DNA of 25,440 nt, from positions 1,811 through 27,250 of the forward strand of contig CAYGOG010000001.1 in assembly GCA_964351415.1 (NCBI GenBank), read 5' to 3'. The notes beneath the pieces were generated by a model that saw only the letters and a program-made list of their open reading frames with translations, was not told where the DNA came from and searched no databases. How positions within the stretch are numbered: position 1 is the first letter of the stretch; each line of letters begins with the position of its first letter. A program made the position numbers and the translations under genes. Below are positions 1 to 8,224 of this stretch, in pieces. This DNA is from an uncultured bacterium (GTDB lineage: Bacteria; Chlamydiota; Chlamydiia; Chlamydiales; SM23-39).

Positions 1-1
1 C

Positions 2-790
2 AATGATGCGTTCCTCGACGGCTATCAAGTCACCGTGAGCTCGGATGTAGAAGCCCGAATCATCGAGCTGCTAGTCGACGAAGGCGATTGGGTCGAGTCG
101 GGAGCCCAAATCTGCCAATTGGACGAGAGCCTGTTTCTCTCGCGTAAAGCAGAAGCTCAAGCGCGCGTCGCGCTTCTGGAAGTAGAGGTGACGCTGAAAC
201 AAGTGCACTGCGAAAAGCTGCGCGACATCTACCAAATTGCGCGCCAAGAATTTGAGACTGAGGTGCTCTCCTTCCTCGATTACGATAAAAAGGAGAAAGA
301 TTTTCGGATGGCCGAAGTGGAGTTGCAAGCCTCGCACAAAGCGCTCGCGCAAGGCATCGCCCAAGTGGGCGTCATCGAGGAGCTTCTCCGCCACACCAAA
401 GTCTACGCTCCGCGCGCCGGTTCCATTGCGAAACGGTGGGTCGTCGGCGGCGATGTCGCCCACGTCGGGCAGCCGCTTTTTTCGCTCACCGATACCCGCA
501 ATATCTGGGTCACCGCCAATCTCGAGGAGACGAAAGTGGGCCGCGTCCAGATCGGCGACTCTGTAAAAGTGCGCATCGATGCCTATCCCGGCCAAATCTT
601 CTGGGGCAAGGTCTTTGCAGTCCGCGCCGCTGCCGCCTCCCAATTTGCGCTGATTCCCCCCGATAACGCGACCGGCAACTACACCAAGGTGGTGCAGCGC
701 GTGCCTCTGAAAATCCTTCTGGATCTCCCCGAAAATCTCCCCCACCTCTACCCGGGAATGTCGGTCGAAATCGACATCCAGGTGCCATGA
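2..790 (+). CDS. EmrA/HlyD-family efflux membrane-fusion protein (5'-truncated by the window edge)
   Basis: The frame is open from base 2 (NDAFLDGYQVTVSSDVEARI), upstream of the ORF-track GTG at 35. It has a lipoyl-like VxEGDxVxxG segment, a coiled coil, and the EmrA hallmark FALIPPDNATGNYTKVVQRVPLKI. The stop overlaps the next ATG (ATGA). Confidence 0.9.
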   Translation, partial: NDAFLDGYQVTVSSDVEARIIELLVDEGDWVESGAQICQLDESLFLSRKAEAQARVALLEVEVTLKQVHCEKLRDIYQIARQEFETEVLSFLDYDKKEKDFRMAEVELQASHKALAQGIAQVGVIEELLRHTKVYAPRAGSIAKRWVVGGDVAHVGQPLFSLTDTRNIWVTANLEETKVGRVQIGDSVKVRIDAYPGQIFWGKVFAVRAAAASQFALIPPDNATGNYTKVVQRVPLKILLDLPENLPHLYPGMSVEIDIQVP

Positions 791-2316
791 GAGTCCCCAC
801 CCTTTTTGCCGCCACGCTCCTCGCCTCGTTTTGCGGGGTGATGGGGGGCTTGGCCACCGCTTCCGGCACCGACCTGATCCAAGGGGAACTCGCCTTAAGC
901 AATACCGTTCTCGAGTGGCTCACTCTCCTCTACTTTCTCGCGATCAATACAATCATCCCCATCGCCTCCGCCTGCGCCAACCGCTGGGGCATGCAGCACA
1001 CCCTCAGCCTCGCCATTTTGATCATGTGGGTGGGCGCGCTCATCGCCGCCTGTGCGCCCGATTTTGCCATCCTCGCCCTCGGCCGCACCCTCCAGGGGAT
1101 CGGCGCTGGGCTTCTCTTCCCCCTCGGGATGGCGTTTGCAGCGCTCCTCTTCCCGCCCGAACGGCTCTCGTTTGCCCTCGTCCTCTACCTCCTCTGCGCC
1201 TTTGCGCTCTCTCTGGGCCTCGGGATCGGCGTCGTCGGTTGGCTCTCCCAACACATCGGCTGGCGCTCCGTCTTCGCCCTCATCGTCGCCCTCAGTATCC
1301 TCTCCAATGCGCTCTTCCTCCTCTACCCCCCGCATCCCGAAAAACCGGCGCGCATCCCCTTCGACATCATCGGCTACATCCCCTTTGCCCTCTCGGTCGC
1401 CATGCTCCTCATTGCGCTTGTCAATGGCAACCTCTCCGCTACCGACGCCGGTTGGCGCTCTCCCTGGATCGTCGCCCTCCTCGCCCTCACTGTCCCCGCC
1501 ACCATTACCTCGCTCGTCATGCAGGTGCGCCACCCCCATCCGCTCTTCCCAACCGAGCTCTTTCGCAACGCTGAATTCGTAATCTGCTCCATCGGCCTCT
1601 TTCTCATTGGAACCAGCCTCTTTTCCACCATCACCCTCTCGCTCCAATTTGCCCTCTCATTTCTCCATTATCAGCGCGACATCGCCAGCTACATCATCGC
1701 CCCCTTTGGCTTCGTCATCCTCGCCGGTTCTCTCCTCGCCACCTACCTCTCCAAAAAAATCCCCCTCATCTTCCTCATCCTGTCCGGCTACGTCGCCCTG
1801 ATCTGCGGAGACCTCTATGCCTCCACCTTTACGCTCCGCTGCATGCCCTCTGATCTTGCGCTCTTCGTCGCACTCCGCGCCTTCGGCATCGGACTCGCCT
1901 TCACTCCCCTCACCGTCCGCGCGATGCAATCGCTCCCCCGCCACCTCCTAGGACAAGCCTCCACCTTTCTCACCTACGCGCGACAGCTCGGCGCCACCTG
2001 TAGTCTCGCCCTCACCGGTATCCTGCAAATCCGCCGCACCATCTTCCACACCGCCCGCTTCAGCGAGCAAGCCGCCGACCCCTCTACCGGCTTTCATCTC
2101 GCTGTCGACGCCCTCGCCGCTAAAATTGGCTCCATTGGCGGCCTCGGCAACGCCCACGATCGGGCCCACCGCCTCCTCATCGACAATATCTCCCTGCAAG
2201 CCCAAGTCGCCGCCTGGTGCGACTCGATTCACTTTTTCTTTTATCCCACCCTCGCGCTCCTCATCTTGCTGGCATTCTTGTCGTTTCGGAAACGGCATGA
2301 TATCGTAAAGCCGTGA
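787..2316 (+). CDS. MFS efflux transporter, DHA2 (EmrB/QacA-like)
   Basis: 509 aa with many hydrophobic helices, motifs GRTLQGIGAG and GWRSVF, and HPLFPTELFRNAEF (typical DHA2 PLxDLxLF region). It directly follows the emrA-like gene with an ATGA overlap. Confidence 0.88.
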   Translation: MRVPTLFAATLLASFCGVMGGLATASGTDLIQGELALSNTVLEWLTLLYFLAINTIIPIASACANRWGMQHTLSLAILIMWVGALIAACAPDFAILALGRTLQGIGAGLLFPLGMAFAALLFPPERLSFALVLYLLCAFALSLGLGIGVVGWLSQHIGWRSVFALIVALSILSNALFLLYPPHPEKPARIPFDIIGYIPFALSVAMLLIALVNGNLSATDAGWRSPWIVALLALTVPATITSLVMQVRHPHPLFPTELFRNAEFVICSIGLFLIGTSLFSTITLSLQFALSFLHYQRDIASYIIAPFGFVILAGSLLATYLSKKIPLIFLILSGYVALICGDLYASTFTLRCMPSDLALFVALRAFGIGLAFTPLTVRAMQSLPRHLLGQASTFLTYARQLGATCSLALTGILQIRRTIFHTARFSEQAADPSTGFHLAVDALAAKIGSIGGLGNAHDRAHRLLIDNISLQAQVAAWCDSIHFFFYPTLALLILLAFLSFRKRHDIVKP

Positions 2317-2729
2317 AACCGATCTGGAAACGCTCCCCCTCCCTCGAAGAGCTCAACCGCTACTGTCGCAATACCCTCATCAGCCACCTCGGGATCCAGA
2401 TCGTCGAGATCGGCCCCGACTTCCTTGTAGCCGACATGCCGGTCACGCCCGCCCTTTACCAGACCATGGGAATTGTACACGGAGGGGCCAATGCTGCCCT
2501 GGCTGAAACAGTGGGGAGCCTTGGGGCAAACCTAGCCTCGGAAGAGGGGGTAAAAGGGGTTGGATTGGAATTGAATATCAATCACATCCGAGCCGTCCGC
2601 GAAGGGATCGTGCGGGCTCGTGGAACTCCCGTGCACCTGGGCCGATCGACCCAGGTGTGGGAGATTCGACTGTTCAACGGAGAGGCGTTGACCGCTATCT
2701 CGCGTTTGACAGTCTCGCTAATCGCTTAG
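2313..2729 (+). CDS. Hotdog-fold acyl-CoA thioesterase, YdiI/MenI/EntH-like
   Basis: IWKRSPSLEELN N-terminus, GIVHGGANAALAETVGS active-site motif, GLELNINHIRAVREG and HLGRSTQVWEI, all matching my recollection of E. coli YdiI. GTGA overlap with the MFS stop. Confidence 0.88.
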   Translation: MKPIWKRSPSLEELNRYCRNTLISHLGIQIVEIGPDFLVADMPVTPALYQTMGIVHGGANAALAETVGSLGANLASEEGVKGVGLELNINHIRAVREGIVRARGTPVHLGRSTQVWEIRLFNGEALTAISRLTVSLIA

Positions 2730-3100
2730 CGGTAGTCGCGGTTTCCGCCGCGGAAAGAGGGGCGGTCGCCGTCGCGACGGGGAGCGCGGTCGCCGCGGAA
2801 TCCACCTTCAGAACGGGGTGCGCCACCTTCACGAGGTCCTGCATCGCTGCGGGCCATGTCGATGACAAGCGCCTTGCCCATGAACGGTTGACCGCTCAAG
2901 GAATCTTTCGCTTTGCCTGCGTCTTCTGCAGTCGCCATGCGCACGAATGCGAATCCACGGGGACGGCCCGAATAACGGTCCATTACGATCTTTACGTCTT
3001 TCACTTCGCCATATTGAGAGAAGAGCTCGCGTACTTGATCTTCGTTTGCATCATAGTTGAGATTGCCGACGAAGAGCTTCGAATTGTTTTGTTGGAACAT
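2726..3100 (-). CDS. RRM (RNP-motif) RNA-binding protein
   Basis: RNP2 KLFVGNL and RNP1 RGFAFVRM, followed by a G/R/D-rich low-complexity tail. Confidence 0.93.
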   Translation of the reverse strand: MFQQNNSKLFVGNLNYDANEDQVRELFSQYGEVKDVKIVMDRYSGRPRGFAFVRMATAEDAGKAKDSLSGQPFMGKALVIDMARSDAGPREGGAPRSEGGFRGDRAPRRDGDRPSFRGGNRDYR

Positions 3101-3200
3101 GAATGATACCTAGTTTGAGACCGCTCTTTTGGCGAATGAAGCGAAAAGGTTGGTCGAAATTTACGTTGAAGATTGTAGGGCTATGTGTAGGATTAAGTCA

Positions 3201-3578
3201 ATGCTTCAGTTAACAGAGCGCATGGCTTCCCTCGACATCTTCGAGACCGACTTAGAGGAATCGTTTGTCAGGGGCTCCGGGCCCGGCGGACAAAAGGTGA
3301 ACAAGACCTCTTCGTGCGTTTATATCAAGCACATACCCAGTGGCTTAGAGGTGAAATGCCAGCGCACCCGCTCGCGCGAGCAGAACCGCCGCCTCGCGCG
3401 CATCGAGCTGTGCGACCGGATCGAGGAGCAGCGGCTCGGCTTGATGAGCGCCCGCAAACGGGAGCAAGCAAAAATTCGAAAACAGAAGCAGCGCCGCTCC
3501 CGTCGGACGCAAGAAAAAATTTTAGCTTCCAAGAGAGAGCGCGGCTCGCTGAAAAAGTTGCGCAAGCCCCCCGAATAG
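3201..3578 (+). CDS. Peptide chain release factor-like protein (ArfB/YaeJ-type ribosome rescue peptidyl-tRNA hydrolase)
   Basis: GSGPGGQKVNKTSSCV (GGQ motif), CQRTRSREQNR and a basic C-terminal tail. The start is uncertain: in-frame ATGs at 3183, 3201 and 3222; the track start at 3129 looks too long. Confidence 0.85.
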   Translation: MLQLTERMASLDIFETDLEESFVRGSGPGGQKVNKTSSCVYIKHIPSGLEVKCQRTRSREQNRRLARIELCDRIEEQRLGLMSARKREQAKIRKQKQRRSRRTQEKILASKRERGSLKKLRKPPE

Positions 3579-3587
3579 GGGTATACT
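3558..3587 (+). promoter_or_regulatory. Putative sigma70/sigma66-type promoter of the rluA-like gene
   Basis: TTGCGC (3558-3563)-N18-TATACT (3582-3587), 11 nt before the ATG at 3599. No SD sequence. Confidence 0.5.
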
Positions 3588-3598
3588 GGCGCCTCTTT

Positions 3599-4438
3599 AT
3601 GGAATACCGCGTCACTGAACCCATGCTCGCCCGCGAGGCGATCCGCCGCCTCTATCCGCAGAGCTCTCGCCGCACGCTGCAAAACTGGCTGCGCGGGGGC
3701 CGCTTTGCCGTCGACGGGCAGCCGCTCTACCGCGAGTCCGATCCCCTGCAAGAGGGGCAAGTGGTCACCGCCCGCGAGGGATACCGCGTGCGCCGTTTCA
3801 TCGCCGATATGGAACTGCTCTATGAAGACCGGTACGTTGTCGCGATCCATAAGCCGCAGGGACTCCTCAGCGTTCCGCTCGATGAACAAGGGCTCGAATC
3901 GCACGCGCTCGGCCTCCTCAAGGGCTACTACGGCACCTCGCAAATCTACCCCGTCCACCGCCTCGATCGGGAAGCCTCGGGCGTCCTCGTATTTGCCCGC
4001 GGGAAAGAGTCGGAAGAGCGGCTCAAAGCGCAATTCGAGGCGCACAAACCGCGCCGCGAGTACGTCGCCGTCGTGCATGGCCACATTGAAGAGCAAAAGG
4101 GCACCTGGAATATCCCGCTGCTCGAGCTCCCCTCCTTTCGCGTGGTCGTGTCCTCAGATGGGCGCGACGCCATCACCCATTACGAGGTGATCCGCCGCTC
4201 GAAGAAATACACCTACCTGAAGCTCTTCCTCGAAACGGGGCGCAAGCACCAGATTCGGGTCCATTGCAGCCATGCAGGGCACCCGATTGTGGGCGATGAG
4301 CGATACGGCTCGGATGAAGACCCGATCGGCCGCATGTGTCTCCACGCGCGCGACCTCCAGATCAGCCATCCATTTACGGAAAAGCCGCTCCATTTTGAGT
4401 CGGCTCCCCCGGGGCCATTCCGCAAACTCGGTCTTTAG
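3599..4438 (+). CDS. RluA/RluD-family pseudouridine synthase with a degenerate N-terminal S4-like region
   Basis: KPQGLLS, catalytic VHRLDREASG, LETGRKHQIRVH, GHPIVGDERYG and MCLHARDL motifs. I moved the start to ATG 3599, after the upstream stop. Confidence 0.93.
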   Translation: MEYRVTEPMLAREAIRRLYPQSSRRTLQNWLRGGRFAVDGQPLYRESDPLQEGQVVTAREGYRVRRFIADMELLYEDRYVVAIHKPQGLLSVPLDEQGLESHALGLLKGYYGTSQIYPVHRLDREASGVLVFARGKESEERLKAQFEAHKPRREYVAVVHGHIEEQKGTWNIPLLELPSFRVVVSSDGRDAITHYEVIRRSKKYTYLKLFLETGRKHQIRVHCSHAGHPIVGDERYGSDEDPIGRMCLHARDLQISHPFTEKPLHFESAPPGPFRKLGL

Positions 4439-4486
4439 TGTCTAATTGCGAAAGTTCGTGAACGAATCTTTCGCAATTAGACACTA
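4436..4486. repeat. 51-bp palindrome spanning the whole gap between two convergent stop codons (possible bidirectional terminator or mini-MITE)
   Basis: Perfect 19-bp arms TAGTGTCTAATTGCGAAAG (4436-4454) / CTTTCGCAATTAGACACTA (4468-4486), plus an inner TTCGT/ACGAA stem. Confidence 0.9.
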
Positions 4487-5488
4487 GAAGTCTAGAGTCG
4501 CTCGAAGCGTGATGCCATACAGGGCTAACATCCCGCTCGTAATCCAGGTTTCTTTCGCCTGATTGTTTACGGCGCTCGTTGAACGGCGGATTTCCTGCAA
4601 GTTTAGCCAAGCCGTCATCTCATAGCCCAAGAATACCTCGACCCGATTGCGCGGGTAGTTCTTTTGCCAGGAGGGGCCGATCAACACCTGCGCCGTAAAG
4701 GTGGGGCGCACGTCTTCAAATTTCTCATCGCGAACAGGCCCGCCGGTGACCGTGGTCGCCGTTTGCTTGGCTTCATTCTTATATTGCCCCACAAGCGCCG
4801 CGGTCGTCACAAGGCCGGTGACAAACATGTTGTTGCCCCAAAACCAATCGCTCTGAATCCCCGCTCGCAATCCGCCGCCGATGTAGTGCCATCGGTTGCG
4901 AATGGTCGTGGAATTGCCAGACCCATCGTTGTAGCGCACTCTCCAGTCTTGATCCATCCACGCAGCGGTAGGGCCGCCCATAAAGCGAAGACGCAGGTGA
5001 GGGTTGGTGTCGAAGACGCGATCTGCAAGCAGGTCGAACACGTTGTAATTGAGGTGGATGGTGCTGTGTGCCCCGGTCATGTCATTCGTAAAGACCTGGG
5101 GGAACGTGCCGTCTAAAAATTCATCGGCGGGGATCGGCTTTGTCGCGCTTTCAAAGCCCCGATTGGTGATCCGCGTATATTGCCCGCGCACTTCCCAGTA
5201 CTTGGGCGCGTTGTAAAATCCAACCGAGATCCGAAATCCGGGATCCATGTTGTATTCGGCATTTTTGACTTCGCCAGAGGCCCATGTGAGGCCACTAGGA
5301 GCGTTGGCCGGAGCTGGATGTTCCATTTTCAGCGCATAGTCGAGGGCAGCTTCAATCACGGACCAATAGAGAAACTCCGCATGCACGAAGATGCAATCGT
5401 AGTCTTTCTTAAACAGGTCAGCATCGTACTTTTCGGGTTGTTGCCAAGCGGGTTTATTGCTGGCCATTGCGAGGTAATCGTCGTACAT
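4484..5488 (-). CDS. Lpg1974-family / chlamydial MOMP-like beta-barrel outer-membrane protein
   Basis: FVHAEFLYW...LDYA near the N-terminus, GFRISVG, alternating aromatic beta-strands, VFLGYEMTAW, and a C-terminal YGITLRATLDF beta-signal ending in Phe. No signal peptide is visible. Confidence 0.75.
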   Translation of the reverse strand: MYDDYLAMASNKPAWQQPEKYDADLFKKDYDCIFVHAEFLYWSVIEAALDYALKMEHPAPANAPSGLTWASGEVKNAEYNMDPGFRISVGFYNAPKYWEVRGQYTRITNRGFESATKPIPADEFLDGTFPQVFTNDMTGAHSTIHLNYNVFDLLADRVFDTNPHLRLRFMGGPTAAWMDQDWRVRYNDGSGNSTTIRNRWHYIGGGLRAGIQSDWFWGNNMFVTGLVTTAALVGQYKNEAKQTATTVTGGPVRDEKFEDVRPTFTAQVLIGPSWQKNYPRNRVEVFLGYEMTAWLNLQEIRRSTSAVNNQAKETWITSGMLALYGITLRATLDF

Positions 5489-5496
5489 ATCAGCAC

Positions 5497-5526
5497 ACTC
5501 TATCGCATCGACAGTTATTTTTTCAA
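5497..5526 (-). promoter_or_regulatory. Putative promoter of the beta-barrel gene
   Basis: On the minus strand: TTGAAA (5526-5521)-N18-TAGAGT (5502-5497)-N8-ATG (5488). Confidence 0.45.
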
Positions 5527-5527
5527 T

Positions 5528-6151
5528 TCAAGGCGCGGCTCCCCATCCGGGGAAAAAAGCGAGACAGCCATTGGCAAAGGATTGCACCGCTATGGAGGCG
5601 AGGATGAGTCCGCCAATCCGGTTGAAGATGCTGATCCCCTTGCGGCCGATTGCGTGCTCAATGCTCGTGGAAAACCAGAGCACGAGTCCCATCACAGCGG
5701 TGACCATCATCGCGCTCGAGGTAATGACCAATAGATTGGCGACGCCAGGATAGTCGTTCACGCTCACAATCAGCGAGCTAATCGCTCCGGGCCCCGCGAT
5801 AATCGGCATGGCCAGCGGCACGATCGCCCCGGTCTCCCGTTTCTCATCGGGGTTTTGTTTCATCGAGCTCTCTTCCGCATGCAACATCGACAATGCAAGC
5901 AACATCAACACGATGCCGCCGGCAATCTGAAAGGCGGGGATCCGAATGCCCAACACAGCCAGCAGCGGCTTGCCAAACCAGGTCACCACCAGGAAGATAA
6001 TCCCGACCGCTAATGTCGCGACAAAGACTGTGTTCTTGCGCTCAGCCGGCGTGTCGCTGCGCGTGATCCGCAGGACAGCGGGGATCGCCGAGAGCGGGTT
6101 TGCAATGACGAGTAACGTAACAAAATGGTTGAGGAAGTCGGTGAAATTCAT
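5528..6151 (-). CDS. MarC-family membrane protein
   Basis: LLVIANPLSAIP, FQIAGGIVL, AIVPLAMPIIAGPGAIS and RIGGLILASIAVQ are canonical MarC motifs. Confidence 0.93.
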   Translation of the reverse strand: MNFTDFLNHFVTLLVIANPLSAIPAVLRITRSDTPAERKNTVFVATLAVGIIFLVVTWFGKPLLAVLGIRIPAFQIAGGIVLMLLALSMLHAEESSMKQNPDEKRETGAIVPLAMPIIAGPGAISSLIVSVNDYPGVANLLVITSSAMMVTAVMGLVLWFSTSIEHAIGRKGISIFNRIGGLILASIAVQSFANGCLAFFPGWGAAP

Positions 6152-6159
6152 ATCCCAGC

Positions 6160-6168
6160 AGTTTATCA
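6160..6168 (-). promoter_or_regulatory. Putative extended -10 promoter of marC
   Basis: On the minus strand: TGA-TAAACT followed by 8 nt and then the ATG at 6151. Confidence 0.45.
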
Positions 6169-6172
6169 GAAT

Positions 6173-7975
6173 CTACCGTTTCGGTTTTGCACTCATCGCG
6201 CCATAGGGGGCGATCAGCAGCACCTCTTCCACCTGGTTCTCCTCATTCAACAAGAATCGCACGGAGAGTCCGGCTAATTTTTTCACCGTGAACTCGTTCG
6301 ATCCATTGGGGACCATCTCATAGAGCGGTTGCCCTGGGATAACCGCATATAGAGCGCCTCCGCGGAGCATAATCTCCACAGTCACGTCTTCCACATCATA
6401 CGGACCCACAAACTGCATCAGGTAATCAAAGGAGGAGGCTGTCGGATTGGGTCGCTTCTTAAACACGATATCCGCGACACTCGACTCAAATGGGACCACC
6501 ACTTCGCCCACATCGCCCAGGGAGTCGTTGTGGAACGAGAATTTAAACCCGACCCGACTATAGCAAGCATCTTGCACCTCTTCTTCGATATTGAAGACAT
6601 CGTAGTGCCAATGGCCCAAGACCATGGTGAGCCCGTGCAGCGTTGCGTGGAGCGCCCCATTGATGAGTTCGATTTTCATTGTCCCATACCCCGGATGGGA
6701 GTACTCGCCTACATAGGCCTCAAGCGGATGAAGCGGGTTGGTGCCCAGTTTGCGCTGCATCCCCTCTTTTTTGGTGCGCTCTCCTTGGCTTGCCTTTTCT
6801 TTGGCAAGCTGTTTCAACCCCTCTTCGATCCACACAGTGGATTTGATCCCCAATGCCCGATCGAGGAAGTGCAGGCTTAAGATATAGGGGAGCATCGACA
6901 AGTTCCGGTTCCCCAGCACAATGACTCCCACCCCTTCTCTCGGGAGCAACGACATGAATGAGGTAAACCCATCTAATCCGCCGTGGTGGCAAATATTGTA
7001 GTGTCCCCGATGCGATTGGATAAACCATCCCAATCCACAGGAGTTGATAATCGATCCGGGATGTTCGCTCACACCGGCAATGACCATTTGAGGCGAGTGC
7101 ATCTCTTGCAATGTCACCCTGGTCATCAACGTCTTGCCTTGATAGACGCCGTTATTCAGGTGCAGTTTCACCCACTCCGCCATGTCATACACATTCGAAT
7201 TGAGACCGCCTGCGGGCCGAAGGGGGCTCAACTCGCGATAGGAGATCCGCTTCAGCTTGCCATTCTTCTCGAGATAGGGGGCGCTGACATCGGTAAATAA
7301 CTGCATATCGGCAATGGAACAGGTGGTATTTTTCATCCCCAATGGGCGTAAGACCCGCTCGTGCAACACCTCACTCCAGGTTTTCCCCGTCACCTGCTCA
7401 ATGAGCGCTTCCGCCACCACAAACATCAAATCATTATAGTAGTAACGCTCGCGCAAATCGCAGGCAGGCTCCAAAAATCGAAGCCGCTTCAACGCTTCCA
7501 GCTTCGTCATCCCCGAGTTGTAGGCCATAAAGGGGTGGCGCGCGAGACCCGTCCGGTGCGAGATCACATCGCGCACCGTCACATTGAGCGTTGCGTACTC
7601 ATTATACAATCGAAAATCGGGCAGGGTCTCCACCACCGGTTGATCCCATGAGAGAAGCCCCTCATCGATCAGATTCCCCAACATAAAAGCAGTAAATGAT
7701 TTCGTACATGAACCCACGGGAAAGATCGTCGCAGGAGTCACCGGCAGCTGCTGTTCGAGGTCGCGCTGACCATATCCCTTCGCAAAGATCAGCTCGCCAT
7801 CGACGACAATACCTACGGCAATGCCGGGCACGCCATAATCGCGCAACGCCCGGTTCACCTCTTCGTCCACATCGTCCAACACCTGGAGAGCTTTGTGAGC
7901 TTTAGGTGAGAGTACCGCCTCAACAGACCCCAGCATCCCTAAAATCAAAACCCCGGTTAAGATCCATGTACGCAT
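6173..7975 (-). CDS. Secreted serine hydrolase, beta-lactamase/AmpC-like family, with C-terminal DUF3471-like domain(s)
   Basis: N-terminal signal-like peptide, SxxK (GSCTK), YxN (YYN), HHGG, LRPLGMKNT and a C-terminal YVGEYSHPGYGTMKI segment. GGAGG SD upstream of the start. Confidence 0.88.
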   Translation of the reverse strand: MRTWILTGVLILGMLGSVEAVLSPKAHKALQVLDDVDEEVNRALRDYGVPGIAVGIVVDGELIFAKGYGQRDLEQQLPVTPATIFPVGSCTKSFTAFMLGNLIDEGLLSWDQPVVETLPDFRLYNEYATLNVTVRDVISHRTGLARHPFMAYNSGMTKLEALKRLRFLEPACDLRERYYYNDLMFVVAEALIEQVTGKTWSEVLHERVLRPLGMKNTTCSIADMQLFTDVSAPYLEKNGKLKRISYRELSPLRPAGGLNSNVYDMAEWVKLHLNNGVYQGKTLMTRVTLQEMHSPQMVIAGVSEHPGSIINSCGLGWFIQSHRGHYNICHHGGLDGFTSFMSLLPREGVGVIVLGNRNLSMLPYILSLHFLDRALGIKSTVWIEEGLKQLAKEKASQGERTKKEGMQRKLGTNPLHPLEAYVGEYSHPGYGTMKIELINGALHATLHGLTMVLGHWHYDVFNIEEEVQDACYSRVGFKFSFHNDSLGDVGEVVVPFESSVADIVFKKRPNPTASSFDYLMQFVGPYDVEDVTVEIMLRGGALYAVIPGQPLYEMVPNGSNEFTVKKLAGLSVRFLLNEENQVEEVLLIAPYGAMSAKPKR

Positions 7976-8039
7976 ATCAATACCTCCGGTTATCGGGGCC
8001 GATATGTTAGGCCATGCAGTCTTAAGTCACAAGAAAATT

Positions 8040-8171
8040 TTACTTACCCGCAAGACCCAACACACCGCTCACGATCAAATAAACGGCGACGATGTAGTTG
8101 AGCAACCGGGGAAACAGCAGGATCAGAATCCCTCCCCCAAGAGCCAGCATGGGCGAAATATTTTGCAGCAT
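8040..8171 (-). CDS. Small membrane protein, DUF3096-like (43 aa; absent from the ORF track)
   Basis: Hand translation gives MLQNISPMLALGGGILILLFPRLLNYIVAVYLIVSGVLGLAGK. GILILxxPRLLNYIVAxYL is the DUF3096 signature as I recall it. Confidence 0.85.
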   Translation of the reverse strand: MLQNISPMLALGGGILILLFPRLLNYIVAVYLIVSGVLGLAGK

Positions 8172-8188
8172 ACTTTTCCCATATCAAC

Positions 8189-8217
8189 TTGGGATAAATT
8201 GGCACCAGGTTTATCCT
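8189..8217 (+). promoter_or_regulatory. Putative promoter of brnQ copy 1
   Basis: TTGGGA (8189-8194)-N17-TATCCT (8212-8217)-N7-ATG (8225). Confidence 0.55.
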
Positions 8218-8224
8218 ATTAACC

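Noticed and set aside
831-1647. Long alternative-frame ORFs over the MFS gene (and similar ones over brnQ1, ftsQ and murC-ddl, such as 19462-20658)
   Set aside because: Low-complexity R/P/H, S/P or E/G products expected from strongly skewed, GC-rich codon usage; no domains.
3314-3598. N-terminal extension of the RluA-like ORF
   Set aside because: It overlaps the ArfB-like gene; a better start and a promoter exist at 3599.
5489-5526. Frameshifted signal peptide for the beta-barrel starting at TTG AAA AAA
   Set aside because: That frame hits TAA at once and TAG soon after. Shifting into the barrel frame gives MKKITVDAIECAD, which is not hydrophobic. Kept only as a caveat.
6173-7975. Bona fide antibiotic-resistance beta-lactamase
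   Set aside because: The fold is shared by many peptidases and esterases; the extra C-terminal domains and lack of mobile context argue against calling resistance.
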